The notes: generated by a model not told the origin, from the letters alone. Positions 11,773 to 23,519 are shown, counted from the first letter of the stretch. The stretch is DNA of 61,962 nucleotides from Granulicella sp. (GCA_027339965.1 DAHWNL010000061.1:1-61962); one strand, 5' to 3'. Numbers and translations are program-made.

Positions 11773-13041
11773 TTATCTCTTCTCTCTCAACCAGCCGTAC
11801 AGGGGAAATGCCTCTGCCATCTCGCTCACCTTGATACGGATCGCCGAAAGCCTGCCCTCATCGTTGCGGTGCTCCAGAGCCTCTGAAATCCAGCCCGCGA
11901 TGGTCCTCATCTCTTCCTCCTTCATCCCGCGCGTGGTCAGCGCCGGCGTGCCGATGCGGATGCCGCTAGGCTTCAACGGTGGATTGGTATCGTAAGGAAT
12001 CGCGTTCTTGTTCACTGTGATCCCGGCCAATCCCAGCGCCTTCTCGGCCTCCGACCCCAGCATGCCCTTCACAAACACATCCACCAGGATCAGGTGGGTA
12101 TCCGTGCCGCCGCTGACGACCCGGAATCCGGCCGCCTGCATGGCGTCGGAGAGCGCCTTGGCGTTGGCCACCGTCTGCGCCGCATAGGCCTTGAACTCTG
12201 GCTGCAAGGCCTCTTTGAGAGCCACGGCCTTGCCCGCCACCACATGCACCAAGGGGCCACCCTGTTGGCCGGGGAACACGCTGCGGTCGATGGCCGCAGC
12301 CAGCTCCGCTTTGCACAGGATCATCCCCGCTCTGGGTCCGCGCAGCGTTTTGTGCGTCGTTGTGGTCACCACATCCGCATATGGAACCGGGCTGGGATGT
12401 ACCCCACCGGCCACCAGTCCAGCAAAGTGCGCCATGTCGATCATCAACTTCGCGCCCACCTTGTCCGCTATCTGGCGCATGCGTACAAAATCAAACTGCC
12501 GCGGATAGGCCGAGCCACCGCCTACAATCAGCTTCGGGCGTTCGGCGATCGCCTGCTCCTCCAGTGCGTCGTAGTCGATCACCTCTGTATCCTGCCGCAC
12601 CTTGTATCCGGCGATGCGATACAGCTTGCCGGAGAAGTTCAGCTTGTGCCCGTGCGTCAGATGCCCGCCGTTGGCCAGATCCAGCCCCAGCACGGTCTCT
12701 CCGGGCTCCAGCAGGGACATATAAGCCGCCGCATTGGCCTGCGAGCCGGAGTGCGGCTGCACATTCACATGCTCGGCCCCAAACAACTGCCGGGCGCGCT
12801 CCCGGGCAAGGTTTTCCACCGCATCGGCAAACTCGCATCCGCCATAGTAGCGCTTGCCCGGATACCCCTCGGCGTACTTGTTGGTAAAGACCGTCCCCAC
12901 CGCCTCCAGCACGGCCCGCGACACAAAGTTTTCGCTGGCAATCATCTCCAGCCCTTCGTGCTGGCGCAGCACCTCATTGTCGATCTGTGCGGCAATCTCG
13001 GGATCACTCAGCTTCAGGGGAGCATTCAAATCAATCGCCAT
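11773..13041 (-). CDS. glyA: Serine hydroxymethyltransferase
   Basis: [38 protein letters not shown] (PLP Lys); ATG at 13041. Confidence 0.98.
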   Translation of the reverse strand: MAIDLNAPLKLSDPEIAAQIDNEVLRQHEGLEMIASENFVSRAVLEAVGTVFTNKYAEGYPGKRYYGGCEFADAVENLARERARQLFGAEHVNVQPHSGSQANAAAYMSLLEPGETVLGLDLANGGHLTHGHKLNFSGKLYRIAGYKVRQDTEVIDYDALEEQAIAERPKLIVGGGSAYPRQFDFVRMRQIADKVGAKLMIDMAHFAGLVAGGVHPSPVPYADVVTTTTHKTLRGPRAGMILCKAELAAAIDRSVFPGQQGGPLVHVVAGKAVALKEALQPEFKAYAAQTVANAKALSDAMQAAGFRVVSGGTDTHLILVDVFVKGMLGSEAEKALGLAGITVNKNAIPYDTNPPLKPSGIRIGTPALTTRGMKEEEMRTIAGWISEALEHRNDEGRLSAIRIKVSEMAEAFPLYGWLREKR

Positions 13042-13113
13042 ATCTTCCCATTTTACGCCGCAGCAAGACCTCCGCCCTCCGATTCTCTGCTCCACCCGCA
13101 GCGGCTGCGCCGC

Positions 13114-15300
13114 TCACTTCTGGCGGGCCAGCACCACGGTCATATCGTCGGGCTGCTCCTGGTCGCCAATCCACTCCTTGACCACCTCCAGCATATGGGC
13201 GGCCAGCGTGGTCAGCGGCTCACTTCTCCGGTGGCGCACAAACTCCGTCAGCCGCTGTTCGCCGAACTCCTGTTCATCGCGCTCCGGCTCGGTCAGCCCA
13301 TCCGTAAACGCTACCAGCAGATCCCCCGGCTGCAAGACCACCGTAGCCTGCTCGTATTCGATCCCTTCCAGGAGCCCCACCACCGCTCCTCCCTCCTCCA
13401 GGCGCCGTACGCTGCCGTCCGCGGAGATCACCAGTGGCGGCAGATGCCCGCCGTTGGAGTAGGTCAACCGCCGCGTCGCCGGATCGTAAGTGGCCAGAAA
13501 CAGCGTGGCGTAGCGCGAGGACTGCGTGCTGCGGCGCAGATGCTCATTCAGCATCCTCAGCAACTGCGCCGGAGACACCATCGCTCCAGACTCCAGCGCC
13601 GCCGCGCTGAAGGCTCTGTCAGCCGAGTGCAGCGCGCTCATCAGCAGCGCCGCCGAGATTCCCTTGCCGCTGATATCCCCCAGCGCCAGCGTCACATGTC
13701 CGGAGGGCGTCCCTTCCTGTCCCTCGTCCCTTCCGTATCCAAAGATGAAGTCAAAGTAATCTCCTCCCACAGATCTGGCGGGCAGGCAGGTTCCATGCAC
13801 CTCCAGGGATCCCACCTTGGCCGGCGAACTGGGGAAGAGCGTCGCCTGCACCTCCTGCGCGATCGCCAGCTCATGCAGTAGCCGATCCTTCTCTTGCTGC
13901 TGCACCAGCAGCTCGCTCACGGACTCTGCCATGCGATTGAATGAGCCGGCCAGGGCGGCAAGCTGGTCCTTGCGCCGCACCGGGATTCTGTGCTCTAGAT
14001 GCCCGGCGTCAATCTCCCGCGTGCCCTCGTACAGCTCCGCAACGGAGCGCGTAATCGTCCAGCTCAATCCGAAGGCCATCAGCAGAGCGAAGGCTTGCAG
14101 CAGGGTAAAGAACGCAGCCAGTCCCAGCAGCACCCCCTTTACAACCGCCCCAATCTTCCCCGAAGAGGCGAACAGCTTTCCGTAGAGCAGCCGGGGGCGG
14201 GAGATCACTGCCAGCAGGCCGGAGATATTTTCGCCCGTCCTCCACGAGGTGACCCGCAGCGTCACGGGCGAGGCAAGGATGGGAGGATTCAGGTAGGGAT
14301 GCCGAGAGGGCGCGAGCGGAGCGCTCGAGACCGCATCAAACGTTCCTCCTTTGGCGAAGAGAAAATCCGGTGTGACCACCTTGACATCGGTGTTCTTATC
14401 GACCTGCACATCCTTGGTTGCGGAGTAATCCGCAAGGCGGCTGTAGGCGTGGGAAACGATGATTCGCCCCAGACCGTCAGCTAACACATTGAGCTCAGCC
14501 CGGGTCAACGGGCGGCTGGCCAGCACGGTTACCATCTTCCCGTTATGCGGCGCGCTCACCTCCGCACACAGGTAAAGCCGCCTGTCTTGTTCCACCACGC
14601 CCTTAAACCCCGGATGGAGCCACTTTGGCGGAGTCCCGTTGGCCAGGGGACCGGCGAACTGCCTCGCCCCGCTCCGCCTTTCAACCCAGACGCCATTGCG
14701 CAACTCCAGCAGCGCGAGCGGCGTGGCGTCCTCTTTTTCGAGTATGCCCAGATCGTTCGCAGAGGAGGCATTGTCAGCGGCATCTCTTGTATCGGCGTCG
14801 GCAACCGTCTGGCGGACAGGCGCTGCCTTTCGTTGTCCGGTTTCTGCACTTTGCGTGCCGTAGACGGCCGCGCTTCCCGCCTCATCCCGCACCCGCGCCA
14901 GGGCGTGCCTTAAGCTCAAGAGACCCATATCGGTGGCGTACTGCCCGGCCAACATATAGGCCGCCACTGAGGTCAGCGTCAGCACCATCACCACCGGAGC
15001 CAGTCCCATCAGCAGGTAGGTGAGAATCAGGCGGTTGCGCACCTTCCACAGCACGCGGTTGGTAAACCAGCGCAAGAAGAGAATCAGAAGCAGCGGCCCC
15101 AGCACCGTCCAGCAGAGCAACTGCAGAACATCAACTGCTTCCTGGGCGATATGGATCGCGCTCGCCAGCGAACCCAGCGAGATCAGGGCCAGCAGCGCCA
15201 CGGAGAGCTTGGCCACACGGCTGCGCCGGCTCCACCAGGCCCTGTATCGAGCGGGGGTCAACCGCAACCATGGCTCGCGAACTTTCCCGATCTCACTCAA
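13114..15300 (-). CDS. Membrane-bound PP2C/SpoIIE (RsbU-like) Ser/Thr phosphatase with HAMP domain
   Basis: N-terminal TM helices, extracytoplasmic region, HAMP (DQLAALAGSFNRM), VGGDYFD, GDISGKG, TDGL, PDDMT. Confidence 0.9.
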   Translation of the reverse strand: MSEIGKVREPWLRLTPARYRAWWSRRSRVAKLSVALLALISLGSLASAIHIAQEAVDVLQLLCWTVLGPLLLILFLRWFTNRVLWKVRNRLILTYLLMGLAPVVMVLTLTSVAAYMLAGQYATDMGLLSLRHALARVRDEAGSAAVYGTQSAETGQRKAAPVRQTVADADTRDAADNASSANDLGILEKEDATPLALLELRNGVWVERRSGARQFAGPLANGTPPKWLHPGFKGVVEQDRRLYLCAEVSAPHNGKMVTVLASRPLTRAELNVLADGLGRIIVSHAYSRLADYSATKDVQVDKNTDVKVVTPDFLFAKGGTFDAVSSAPLAPSRHPYLNPPILASPVTLRVTSWRTGENISGLLAVISRPRLLYGKLFASSGKIGAVVKGVLLGLAAFFTLLQAFALLMAFGLSWTITRSVAELYEGTREIDAGHLEHRIPVRRKDQLAALAGSFNRMAESVSELLVQQQEKDRLLHELAIAQEVQATLFPSSPAKVGSLEVHGTCLPARSVGGDYFDFIFGYGRDEGQEGTPSGHVTLALGDISGKGISAALLMSALHSADRAFSAAALESGAMVSPAQLLRMLNEHLRRSTQSSRYATLFLATYDPATRRLTYSNGGHLPPLVISADGSVRRLEEGGAVVGLLEGIEYEQATVVLQPGDLLVAFTDGLTEPERDEQEFGEQRLTEFVRHRRSEPLTTLAAHMLEVVKEWIGDQEQPDDMTVVLARQK

Positions 15301-16173
15301 CTTCGCCGTCCATACCGTCCCCGGTCTACGTCACCGCCACGCTGCCGGCAACCTTCATCTCCGTTGCCGCAAAGCTCCTCCTGCGCCCTCAGCAGAGAAA
15401 GCCTTCCTGCCTTCCTGACCAAGAGAGAGCAGTCGAGCGCCAAAAGCTGCTGGCCCATGCCTAGCCCATCTTGCCAGTTTCTTCCGAGGGAATCCATTCG
15501 GTCAGGGTAATCCCTCGTGAGCGGCTCTACTCACTCTGAGGACCCCTTCATCGAGCCAGTGCGATCACTACGTCCCAGAGACCCTCTTGGCGTTCCGCGG
15601 AAGGGTTTCCAAGGGAAAAAATGCAATTCGCCAACCAAAATCGCCCCCGGCAGGAAGCGACTAGGCAAGACGGAGCCTTCGGCCAACCCAAATCAACTTG
15701 TGGCCCCGGCAACGGGCAGCCTCGAAAAATCCAGCAGGGAATCAGCGATTTCTTTAAGAGCTCACAGCGATGTTTTCCATCAACTCATAACTTTAGTCTA
15801 ATCATTCCCGGACGTGAACCAGATCGCCTGGTCGGTCAGATGCTCGTTCACCTGCATCGTTCATTCCTGAGTCAAGGTCGATACGCGGGTCATCCTTCGA
15901 CGGGTTCCAGAACTCCTGATAGCGGTATCTTCAAAACCCTTCCGCCAAATTTTCTTGCGTGAAAATCATGACTGGGTCAACGGATCTGCCACCGCCGCCT
16001 GACGCGCAGAAACGCTGCTCGGAGGCCCATTGCGCCAGGAGCCACGGGGCGAATCCGGTCCCGCAGCGCTTTGCAGCCTCTGGAACCTCTGCGGCTTCTC
16101 CAGCTCGGAAGATCCGGAACCTGGGATTGCAAAAGATTGGCCCCCGCTGCCCTCCGCCGCTCCGTTCCAGCCC

Positions 16174-17406
16174 TCACTCCTCCATCCGCAGCCTGCGAAA
16201 CGCTCCCCAGATGAACGACCCCAGATACCATCCGTCCAGATACTTGTACGGCGTCTCTCCGGTCGTATAGTGGCCGCAGGGCAGCACCTTGGCCACATAG
16301 TCCACGCCATGGCGGTCAAAGTTCTTTAACACCTCGCGGGAGTACTGCACCACGAAGGTCAGGTCATAGGGCGCATAGACCACCAAGGTGCGCCGCGGCC
16401 TGTCTCCCTCCCAGCGCGGCCCGCCGCTAGCCGCAAACCTCTCCATGAAGCTCATCGGGCTCACCCCGGCGAAGATCTCGCGGACCTGATCCTGGCTCAG
16501 ACCGGCGTGCTCGAAGGCGGCCTTGATGTGGCGGGTGCTTTGCCCCGTCCACACCACATCGCCAAACTGGGTGCTGGCATGGTTGAATGCGCACACCCGC
16601 AGACGCGGGTCCCTGGCGGCGGCGATGAACCCGTAGGCGCTGCCCAGGCTGGTGCCCAGAATCCCGAACTGCTCATAGCCCTGGGACTCCAGCCAGTCCA
16701 CGCAGCTCCGGATATCCACCACCGCCTGGCGGCATGCGGCCAGGGTGCGCCCCACATTCGCGCTCACCGCGTAGTCGCTGCGCTCCAGCTCCGGTGGCCG
16801 GCGTACGTCGTGGTACGGCTTGGAGAGCCGCAGGCAGGAGATGCCGAAGCGGTTGAACATCTCACAGAGCGAATTATGGGAGAATGCATCGGCGTTCCAC
16901 TGCGGCATCACGATCATCGCCTGCCGGGGCTGCGGCCTGCCCTTGCTGTCCACCCCGGTCGCTCCCGCCCGGGCCTCATACCATCTGGCGTTGACCGTAT
17001 CGTTCTCCGGGTACGGCGTGGTGACCCAGGAGGTAAAGCGCAGAAAGGGCTCCTTGCGCAGCTCGCCCGCCTCCGCCCGCCGCCTCCACTCACGTTCCTG
17101 CTCCAGGGTCTCCGGACGCACATTGGTGGGGTAAGGCGCTGGAAAGTGCTGCTCGATCCGAAAGTCCCCAGGCGTCTGGTAGGCATAGAACTTCTGCGGT
17201 TCAGCTACCATTCTCCGGTTCAGCTCGGTCATCGCCTCCAGCCCGGAGATCTCTCCGCGCTCCACGCGTCCGGCCATCTCCTCCCCACCGAACTCCGCCA
17301 GGTGCTCGAAGCCCCACTCCAGCGGCCGCTCCACCCGGTTCTCATCCCGGGTGGTCAGCGCTGTCTCCCACGCATACATCCACTTTGCATAAAGCCGTGC
17401 CAGCAT
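16174..17406 (-). CDS. Alpha/beta hydrolase (ABHD18-like)
   Basis: 410 aa; GTSLG nucleophile elbow, with downstream Asp (YDLTF) and His (CGHYT). Confidence 0.8.
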   Translation of the reverse strand: MLARLYAKWMYAWETALTTRDENRVERPLEWGFEHLAEFGGEEMAGRVERGEISGLEAMTELNRRMVAEPQKFYAYQTPGDFRIEQHFPAPYPTNVRPETLEQEREWRRRAEAGELRKEPFLRFTSWVTTPYPENDTVNARWYEARAGATGVDSKGRPQPRQAMIVMPQWNADAFSHNSLCEMFNRFGISCLRLSKPYHDVRRPPELERSDYAVSANVGRTLAACRQAVVDIRSCVDWLESQGYEQFGILGTSLGSAYGFIAAARDPRLRVCAFNHASTQFGDVVWTGQSTRHIKAAFEHAGLSQDQVREIFAGVSPMSFMERFAASGGPRWEGDRPRRTLVVYAPYDLTFVVQYSREVLKNFDRHGVDYVAKVLPCGHYTTGETPYKYLDGWYLGSFIWGAFRRLRMEE

Positions 17407-17528
17407 CTTCTCTCAGTCTACTGTCCGGCGGATGCCGGATGCCGTGGCGCACGACACAGGCTCACGCGCTTCGCCATGCCTTCTTCCCTCACCCCGTTGC
17501 CTCACCCGCTGACTCACCCCGTCTGCCT

Positions 17529-18731
17529 TCACGTCCGCAGCGCCCGGATCCCGCACAGAACCTCGTAGGAGATCGTTCCGCTCCAGCCGGCATGGTCGTC
17601 CGCCGTCACGCCCGGACCCAGCAAAACCACCTCGCTGCCCACCTCCACTCCCCCGATCTGCGTGATGTCCACGGTGGTCAGGTTCATGGACACTCTGCCC
17701 ACCACCACCGCTCTGCGCCCTGCAATCATCACCCAGCCGTTGCCCACCCCAGAGGATGCCGCCCTGCGCAGCCCGTCCGAGTAGCCCACCGGCAGCAAGG
17801 CCAGCCGCATCCGCGATGCAGCCGTAAACGTGCCGCCGTATCCCACGCTCTCTCCCGCTTCAATCTCCCGCACCCCGATCACCCGCGTCTTCCAGGTCAA
17901 CACCGGCTGCAGCCGGGGCCGCAAAACGCCCCCCGCCGTGGGAATACAGTAGCCATACAAGGAGATCCCGGCGCGAACCATCATCCGCGCCCCCTGGCTC
18001 CGCGCCAGCTCCCGCATCCCGGCCAGAGTCCCGCTCTCATCCACAGCGGAACTGGCCGCCAAGTGCAGCCACGCCGGCCGAACCCCCTGCGCTGCGGCAA
18101 TCTGCACCGCCTGGGCAAATCTTGCCTGCTGGCGGCGGGTCTGCTCCGAGCCGGCCACCTCTGCCGAAGCCAGATGAGACATCACCCCCTCACAGCGCAC
18201 CCACCGAGAGCCCGCCAGCCTCCGGGCGACCGCTGCAACCCCAGCCAGATCCACTCCCTGCCGGCACATTCCGCTGTCAATCTCCAGATGAACGGCAACG
18301 GCCCGGCCTGCGCTCGCTGCGGCCCGTTCCAGCATCTCCACATGTTCTACGGTCCAGACCACGGGCGTCAGGCCGTGCTCCAGCATCGGTGCGCACTCCA
18401 CAGCATCCAGACCACCCATCACCAGCACGCTTATCCTCTGCCGGGACGTCCCGGGCTCCGCCCGCCCGGATTCCGCAGCCGCCAGCCCCTCCACCGCCCG
18501 GCGTACCCGCGCTCCCTCCTCCACATCCGCCACCCCCAGCCAGCCCAGCCCGGCCTTGGCGAGCATCCGCGCAACCTGCACAGCACCATGCCCATAGGCA
18601 TCGGCCTTGACTACCCCCAGCACCTCTGCGGCTCCCGGCAAGCCCACCCTATCCTCGCCACCAGCCAGCGCCTGAACCGTGCGAAGATTCTCCACCAGCC
18701 GCTCTTCGGAGATCTCAACCCAACTTTTCAT
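17529..18731 (-). CDS. alr: Alanine racemase
   Basis: VVKADAYGHG PLP motif, HLEIDSGM, VGYSDG, GRVSM, GTISYE; ATG 18731. Confidence 0.96.
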   Translation of the reverse strand: MKSWVEISEERLVENLRTVQALAGGEDRVGLPGAAEVLGVVKADAYGHGAVQVARMLAKAGLGWLGVADVEEGARVRRAVEGLAAAESGRAEPGTSRQRISVLVMGGLDAVECAPMLEHGLTPVVWTVEHVEMLERAAASAGRAVAVHLEIDSGMCRQGVDLAGVAAVARRLAGSRWVRCEGVMSHLASAEVAGSEQTRRQQARFAQAVQIAAAQGVRPAWLHLAASSAVDESGTLAGMRELARSQGARMMVRAGISLYGYCIPTAGGVLRPRLQPVLTWKTRVIGVREIEAGESVGYGGTFTAASRMRLALLPVGYSDGLRRAASSGVGNGWVMIAGRRAVVVGRVSMNLTTVDITQIGGVEVGSEVVLLGPGVTADDHAGWSGTISYEVLCGIRALRT

Positions 18732-19175
18732 CCACCTAATTATCCACGCTGTGTTCGCACAGCCGACCGCGCGGCTGTTTGCCCGGCCGGCCAAGGAGAA
18801 CGGTCTCCGTTGTCAGTCCATCCATCTGCAAGCGCGGGGTACGAATCCACTCGAATCGCGATACCATGAAATCAGTCGTATGGAATGGACTGGAACAGTA
18901 GCGCAGCCTTCGCCTCTGCCCACGGCAGACGCGGCTACAGACCGGGGCGCAGGCTCGCGCAGCCTGGATGCCGGCAACGCCGAGCGGCGCGACTTTGCCT
19001 AGCGGCGAGAACCTCCGCGCCCCAGCCCGCGTTCTTCCCTATTCCTGACAGAAGCCGAGCTTGCAAATTCCTGATCCTGCAACTTTTCCAGATTTCTGAA
19101 GCTCTTTCTGCCCTCTCCCGATCTTCTCTCCGGCAACCGGATCAATCCCTGCGCCTGGCGCAGGAGGAGCTCTCC

Positions 19176-20249
19176 ATGTTTGAACGTCTCGACCAACTCG
19201 AAGCCCGCTACGAAGAGCTAGGCCTGCAGCTCTCCGATCCGAAGATCGTGAACGACCAGGAGAACTTCCGCAAGGTGGCCAAGCAGCACCGGGATATGGA
19301 GCCGACCGTGGAGAAGTTCCGTGAGTACCGCAGGCTGCGCACCGCCATCGCCGACGCCCAGGCCATACTCGCAGACAGCGATCCCGGGCTGCGCGAGATG
19401 GCCCAAGCCGAATTAGAGGATCTCCGGCCCCGTCTGGCCGCCTGCGAGGAAGAGCTGAAAATCCTGCTTCTACCCAAAGATCCCAACGACGAGAAGAACA
19501 TCGTTCTGGAGCTGCGTGCCGGCACCGGTGGCGACGAGGCCTCACTGTTTGTGGCCGAGGTCTTCCGCATGTACCTGCGCTTCGCCGAGCAGCACAAGTG
19601 GAGGGTGGAGATCCTCTCCCAGACCGAGTCCGACGTGGGTGGTTTGAAGGATGTCACTGCCATCATCGAAGGCGAGAAGGTGTACTCCCAGATGAAGTAC
19701 GAGTCCGGCGTGCATCGCGTGCAGCGGGTGCCGGCCACCGAGACCCAGGGCCGGGTCCACACCTCCGCCATCACCGTGGCCGTGCTCCCCGAAGCCGAAG
19801 AGGTGGACATCAAAATCGAGCCCAAAGACCTGCGCATCGATACCTTCTGCTCCTCCGGTCCGGGAGGCCAGTCCGTCAACACCACCTACTCTGCGGTTCG
19901 GATCACCCACCTGCCCACCAACACGGTGGTGAGCTGCCAGGATGAGAAGTCACAGATCAAAAACCGCGAGAAGGCGATGCGGGTGCTGCGCTCCCGCCTC
20001 TACGAGGTGGAGATGGAGCGGCGTCACCAGGCCCTGGCCGCCGAGCGGAAGCAGCAGGTGGGCACCGGCGACCGCAGCGAAAAGATCCGCACGTACAACT
20101 TCCCCCAGAATCGGGTCACCGACCACCGCATCGGCCTAACCAACCATCAGCTTGGGATGGTGATGGAGGGCATGCTGCAGCCGACCATCGACGCCCTCAT
20201 CGCGCACGACACCGCCGAACGGCTGAAGGCGCAGGGTGCGGCTGTCTGA
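19176..20249 (+). CDS. prfA: Peptide chain release factor 1
   Basis: PAT tripeptide (VPATE), [22 protein letters not shown] before ATG 19176. Confidence 0.98.
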   Translation: MFERLDQLEARYEELGLQLSDPKIVNDQENFRKVAKQHRDMEPTVEKFREYRRLRTAIADAQAILADSDPGLREMAQAELEDLRPRLAACEEELKILLLPKDPNDEKNIVLELRAGTGGDEASLFVAEVFRMYLRFAEQHKWRVEILSQTESDVGGLKDVTAIIEGEKVYSQMKYESGVHRVQRVPATETQGRVHTSAITVAVLPEAEEVDIKIEPKDLRIDTFCSSGPGGQSVNTTYSAVRITHLPTNTVVSCQDEKSQIKNREKAMRVLRSRLYEVEMERRHQALAAERKQQVGTGDRSEKIRTYNFPQNRVTDHRIGLTNHQLGMVMEGMLQPTIDALIAHDTAERLKAQGAAV

Positions 20250-20324
20250 CGCAGCAGTTTCCATCTTGATGCGGCGCACCCCGAATCACCTCCCCGCGGA
20301 GGGGCCTTCCGCTATCCTCGCCAG

Positions 20325-22592
20325 ATGGGCCCTTTTGCATCGCTGCTGATCGCCGCCTTCGCCGCCGCAGGTCTCCACTCGGCTGGGCTCCGATCCTTTA
20401 CCCACCACTCCTACGGCCATCCGCCCTTTACGCTGCAACAGGCGCTCAGCGCTCCCTATGCCACCGATCTGACCGCCGCTCCGGAGGGCAACCTCTTCGC
20501 CTGGGTGGAGGATGCCCAGGGCCGGCATAATCTGTGGGTCGCTCGCGGAGCCGATCCGAGCCAGCCGCGCCGGCTTACCCACAACCTGCAGGACGACGCC
20601 CAGGACATCTCCCAGTTGGCATGGTCGCCGGACGCCACGGCTATCGCTTACACCTACGGAGCCGAGCGGGGAGCCAACGGAGAGCCTGCCAATCCCGCCC
20701 ATCTCCAGCACCCCACCCCGGTGGAAGTCCGAGTGCAGTGGCTGGATGGAAGATCCGCCGTCATCGGCCCGGGCCGCTCACCGCTGTTTACCCGCGACGG
20801 ACGCAGCCTGATCTTTTTGCATCAGGGCAAGATCTGGATCGCCGCCGCCATTCCTCCTGGATCCTCATCCGACTCCACTACCAACCCCGCCCACCAACTG
20901 GTCTTCGACCGCGGCAGCGCCGGCTCGCTCACCCTCTCTCCCGACGGTCATCTGCTGGCCTACATCAGTCAGCGCAGCGAGCGCAACGAACCCTCCCACA
21001 GCTTTCTTGCGCTCTATGACCTTCAAGCCCATACGCTGCGCTTTCTGGATCCCACCACCAGCGATGACTCTGCCCCCGTCTTCTCGCCGGATGGGACCCG
21101 GATCGCCTGGCTGCGCTCGCCCTTTGTTCAACCCCGAGAGTTCGCCAATCCGCGCACCTCGCCCAATCCCTGGTCGATCCAGATCGCCGATGTGGCCACG
21201 GGCAAGACCCGTACCGCGTTTACTCCGGCGGCCAACCAGCCCGGGAGCGTCCTTCCTCACCTCTCCACCGGAGAGCCGTACCTGATCTTCGCCACCAACA
21301 ACTCCGTCGTCTTTTACAGCGAGGCCGACGGATGGGTTCATCTCTATCAGATTCACCTCAACGGCAACCCCGGCGTGGAGTGGCTAACGCCGGGTCGCTT
21401 CGAGGTAGAAGATGCCACCTTGAGCTCGGATGGTCATTCCCTGATATACAGCTCCAACCAGATAGCCGCTCAGCCGGCTGCCCGCAACGGAGTTCAACCT
21501 GGCTCCCAGCGGCTCGACGAAACCGGCTCGACGCACGGCGACCCTGCCGATCAGGACCGTCGCCACCTCTGGCAGGTGGACCTCGCCCATCCCGAGATGT
21601 CTCCCGTGGAGTTGACATGGGGTGCGGGCAATCAGACCAGACCTCAAGTCAGTTCCCGCGGAGCGCTGGCCGCGCTGGTCTCCGATGTGCGCACTCCCAT
21701 GCATCCGGCCCTGATCATCCCCGTCCAGGGAGCCGAAGCGACCATCACCCCACTGCGCCCCGATTTTCTGCCCGCGGACTACCCCGCCGCCTCCTTCGTC
21801 ACACCCCGCCAGGTCTTCTTCCGCAGCAGCGACGGACTCCAACTGCATGGTCAGCTCTTCACCCCGGAGAACCCCGCTCCCGCGCACACCTTGCGCGCCG
21901 CAATCCTCTTTGTCCACGGCGGTCCTGAGCGCCAGATGCTGCTGGGCTACCCGGCGATGGACTACTACTCCAACGCCTACGCGATGAATCAGTATCTGAC
22001 CTCGCGGGGATTTATCGTTCTCAGCGTGAACTACCGCTGCGGCATCGGGTACGGCCTGGACTTCCGCACCTGCCAGAACGCCGGTGCCGAAGGCGCAGAG
22101 GAGTACAACGATGTTCTCGCCGCGGTCCGCTATCTTGACTCTCTGCCAGGAGTTAATCCCCACCGTATCGGCATCTGGGGCGGTAGTTACGGCGGATATC
22201 TCACCGCTCTGGCGCTGGCCCGCAACTCCAATCTGTTTGCCGCTGGGGTTGACTTCCACGGCGTCCACGACTGGAACCTGGAGGACAACGCATCCGACTG
22301 GAAGCAAGGTAGCTTCGCCGCCATGGACGCGATCACCCGGCAGGCGCGCGCCAGCTCCCCCATGGCCTCCCTCCGTCTCTGGCGTTCGCCGATCCTGCTG
22401 ATTCACGGCGACAATGACCCGGATGTCGCCTACGCCCAGACACCCATCCTGGCCGAAGCCCTGCGCGCCCATCACGTCCCAGTGGAAGATCTCATCTTTC
22501 CGGACGAGGTTCACGGCTTCCTTCTGCATTGCGACTGGCTGGCGGCGTATCGGGCGGAGGCAGCGTTCTTCAAGAAGACACTGCTGCCCTGA
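20325..22592 (+). CDS. S9 family peptidase with signal peptide and TolB-like propeller
   Basis: HGGP, GGSYG catalytic Ser, HGDND, EVHG; WSPDA/FSPDG repeats. Confidence 0.9.
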   Translation: MGPFASLLIAAFAAAGLHSAGLRSFTHHSYGHPPFTLQQALSAPYATDLTAAPEGNLFAWVEDAQGRHNLWVARGADPSQPRRLTHNLQDDAQDISQLAWSPDATAIAYTYGAERGANGEPANPAHLQHPTPVEVRVQWLDGRSAVIGPGRSPLFTRDGRSLIFLHQGKIWIAAAIPPGSSSDSTTNPAHQLVFDRGSAGSLTLSPDGHLLAYISQRSERNEPSHSFLALYDLQAHTLRFLDPTTSDDSAPVFSPDGTRIAWLRSPFVQPREFANPRTSPNPWSIQIADVATGKTRTAFTPAANQPGSVLPHLSTGEPYLIFATNNSVVFYSEADGWVHLYQIHLNGNPGVEWLTPGRFEVEDATLSSDGHSLIYSSNQIAAQPAARNGVQPGSQRLDETGSTHGDPADQDRRHLWQVDLAHPEMSPVELTWGAGNQTRPQVSSRGALAALVSDVRTPMHPALIIPVQGAEATITPLRPDFLPADYPAASFVTPRQVFFRSSDGLQLHGQLFTPENPAPAHTLRAAILFVHGGPERQMLLGYPAMDYYSNAYAMNQYLTSRGFIVLSVNYRCGIGYGLDFRTCQNAGAEGAEEYNDVLAAVRYLDSLPGVNPHRIGIWGGSYGGYLTALALARNSNLFAAGVDFHGVHDWNLEDNASDWKQGSFAAMDAITRQARASSPMASLRLWRSPILLIHGDNDPDVAYAQTPILAEALRAHHVPVEDLIFPDEVHGFLLHCDWLAAYRAEAAFFKKTLLP

Positions 22593-22744
22593 GAGACAGA
22601 GGTTTGAGCGTGCGCGGGAAGGAAGGTTCGCGGGATCTTTGTGCAGCGTGACTTCGGTTGCGCCTTGCATGCCGATGAGGGGCCAGGCGCGTTGATCGAG
22701 GCTCGTCGATCCAAGCCTCGTTGATCCTGGCCTCGTGGCTGCAA

Positions 22745-22773
22745 TCCCACATCTCAAAATGCGAGATGTGGGA
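22745..22773. repeat. REP-like palindrome
   Basis: TCCCACATCTC-AAAATGC-GAGATGTGGGA, a perfect 11-bp inverted repeat between convergent genes. Confidence 0.7.
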
Positions 22774-22914
22774 CACATCCCCTTTTATAGAACCCACAAC
22801 TTCGCCTGCAGCACGTTGCCTGTTCCCATCCTCATCCACGAAGCATGTCCAGTACAGGTGCAGAGGAACGCCCGGGCTTCAACGGCTCGGCATGACACCT
22901 GCAGGAAAGTTGCT

Positions 22915-23448
22915 TCAGTCGCGATGGTCGTCCAGTTCGCCGGTGTAGGTGGACTTGAAGACGGAATCATCGGCTACCGCGGCCTCATGGCTCGATCGCT
23001 CCGGAGCGTCGCTCTTGATGGTCACCTGCACATGCGCTGAGACCTCGCGATGAAGCTTGATGGGCACATGGAACTCGCCCACGCTCTTCAGCGGCTCCTC
23101 CAGATGGATCTTGCGGCGATCCACCTTGTAGCCCCGCGCCTCCAGCTCCTGCGCGATATCCATGGACGTGACCGACCCAAAGAGATGGTCGTTCTCGCCC
23201 GCCTTGCGCTCGAAGACCAGCACCAGGTCGTTCAGCCGGACCGCAAGATCCTCGGCTCCGCCCTTCTCAGCGGCGGACTTGCGGATCGCCGAGGCCTTCA
23301 TCTGCTCGATGACGGCCTTGTTGGCTGGCGTGGCCTCCATCGCCAGCTTGCTGGGCAACAGATAGTTCCGGCCATAGCCGGCGGCTACCTTGACTACATC
23401 GCCGCGGTGACCGAGTTTGTTTACATCCTCTTTCAGAATGACTTCCAT
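22915..23448 (-). CDS. rplI: 50S ribosomal protein L9
   Basis: MEVILKEDVNKLG..GYGRNYL, LFGSVT. Confidence 0.97.
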   Translation of the reverse strand: MEVILKEDVNKLGHRGDVVKVAAGYGRNYLLPSKLAMEATPANKAVIEQMKASAIRKSAAEKGGAEDLAVRLNDLVLVFERKAGENDHLFGSVTSMDIAQELEARGYKVDRRKIHLEEPLKSVGEFHVPIKLHREVSAHVQVTIKSDAPERSSHEAAVADDSVFKSTYTGELDDHRD

Positions 23449-23519
23449 GACAGATCTCCAGGTTTATCGAGGCGCTGCGCAAAGCCGCCTCGGGGTAGGC
23501 GCGCCAGGGCGCGGGGAAG

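Noticed and set aside
18885..19175. 97-aa N-terminal extension of RF1 from the ORF track
   Set aside because: A strong AGGAGG RBS precedes ATG 19176 where RF1 homology begins; the upstream region is the divergent alr/prfA promoter.
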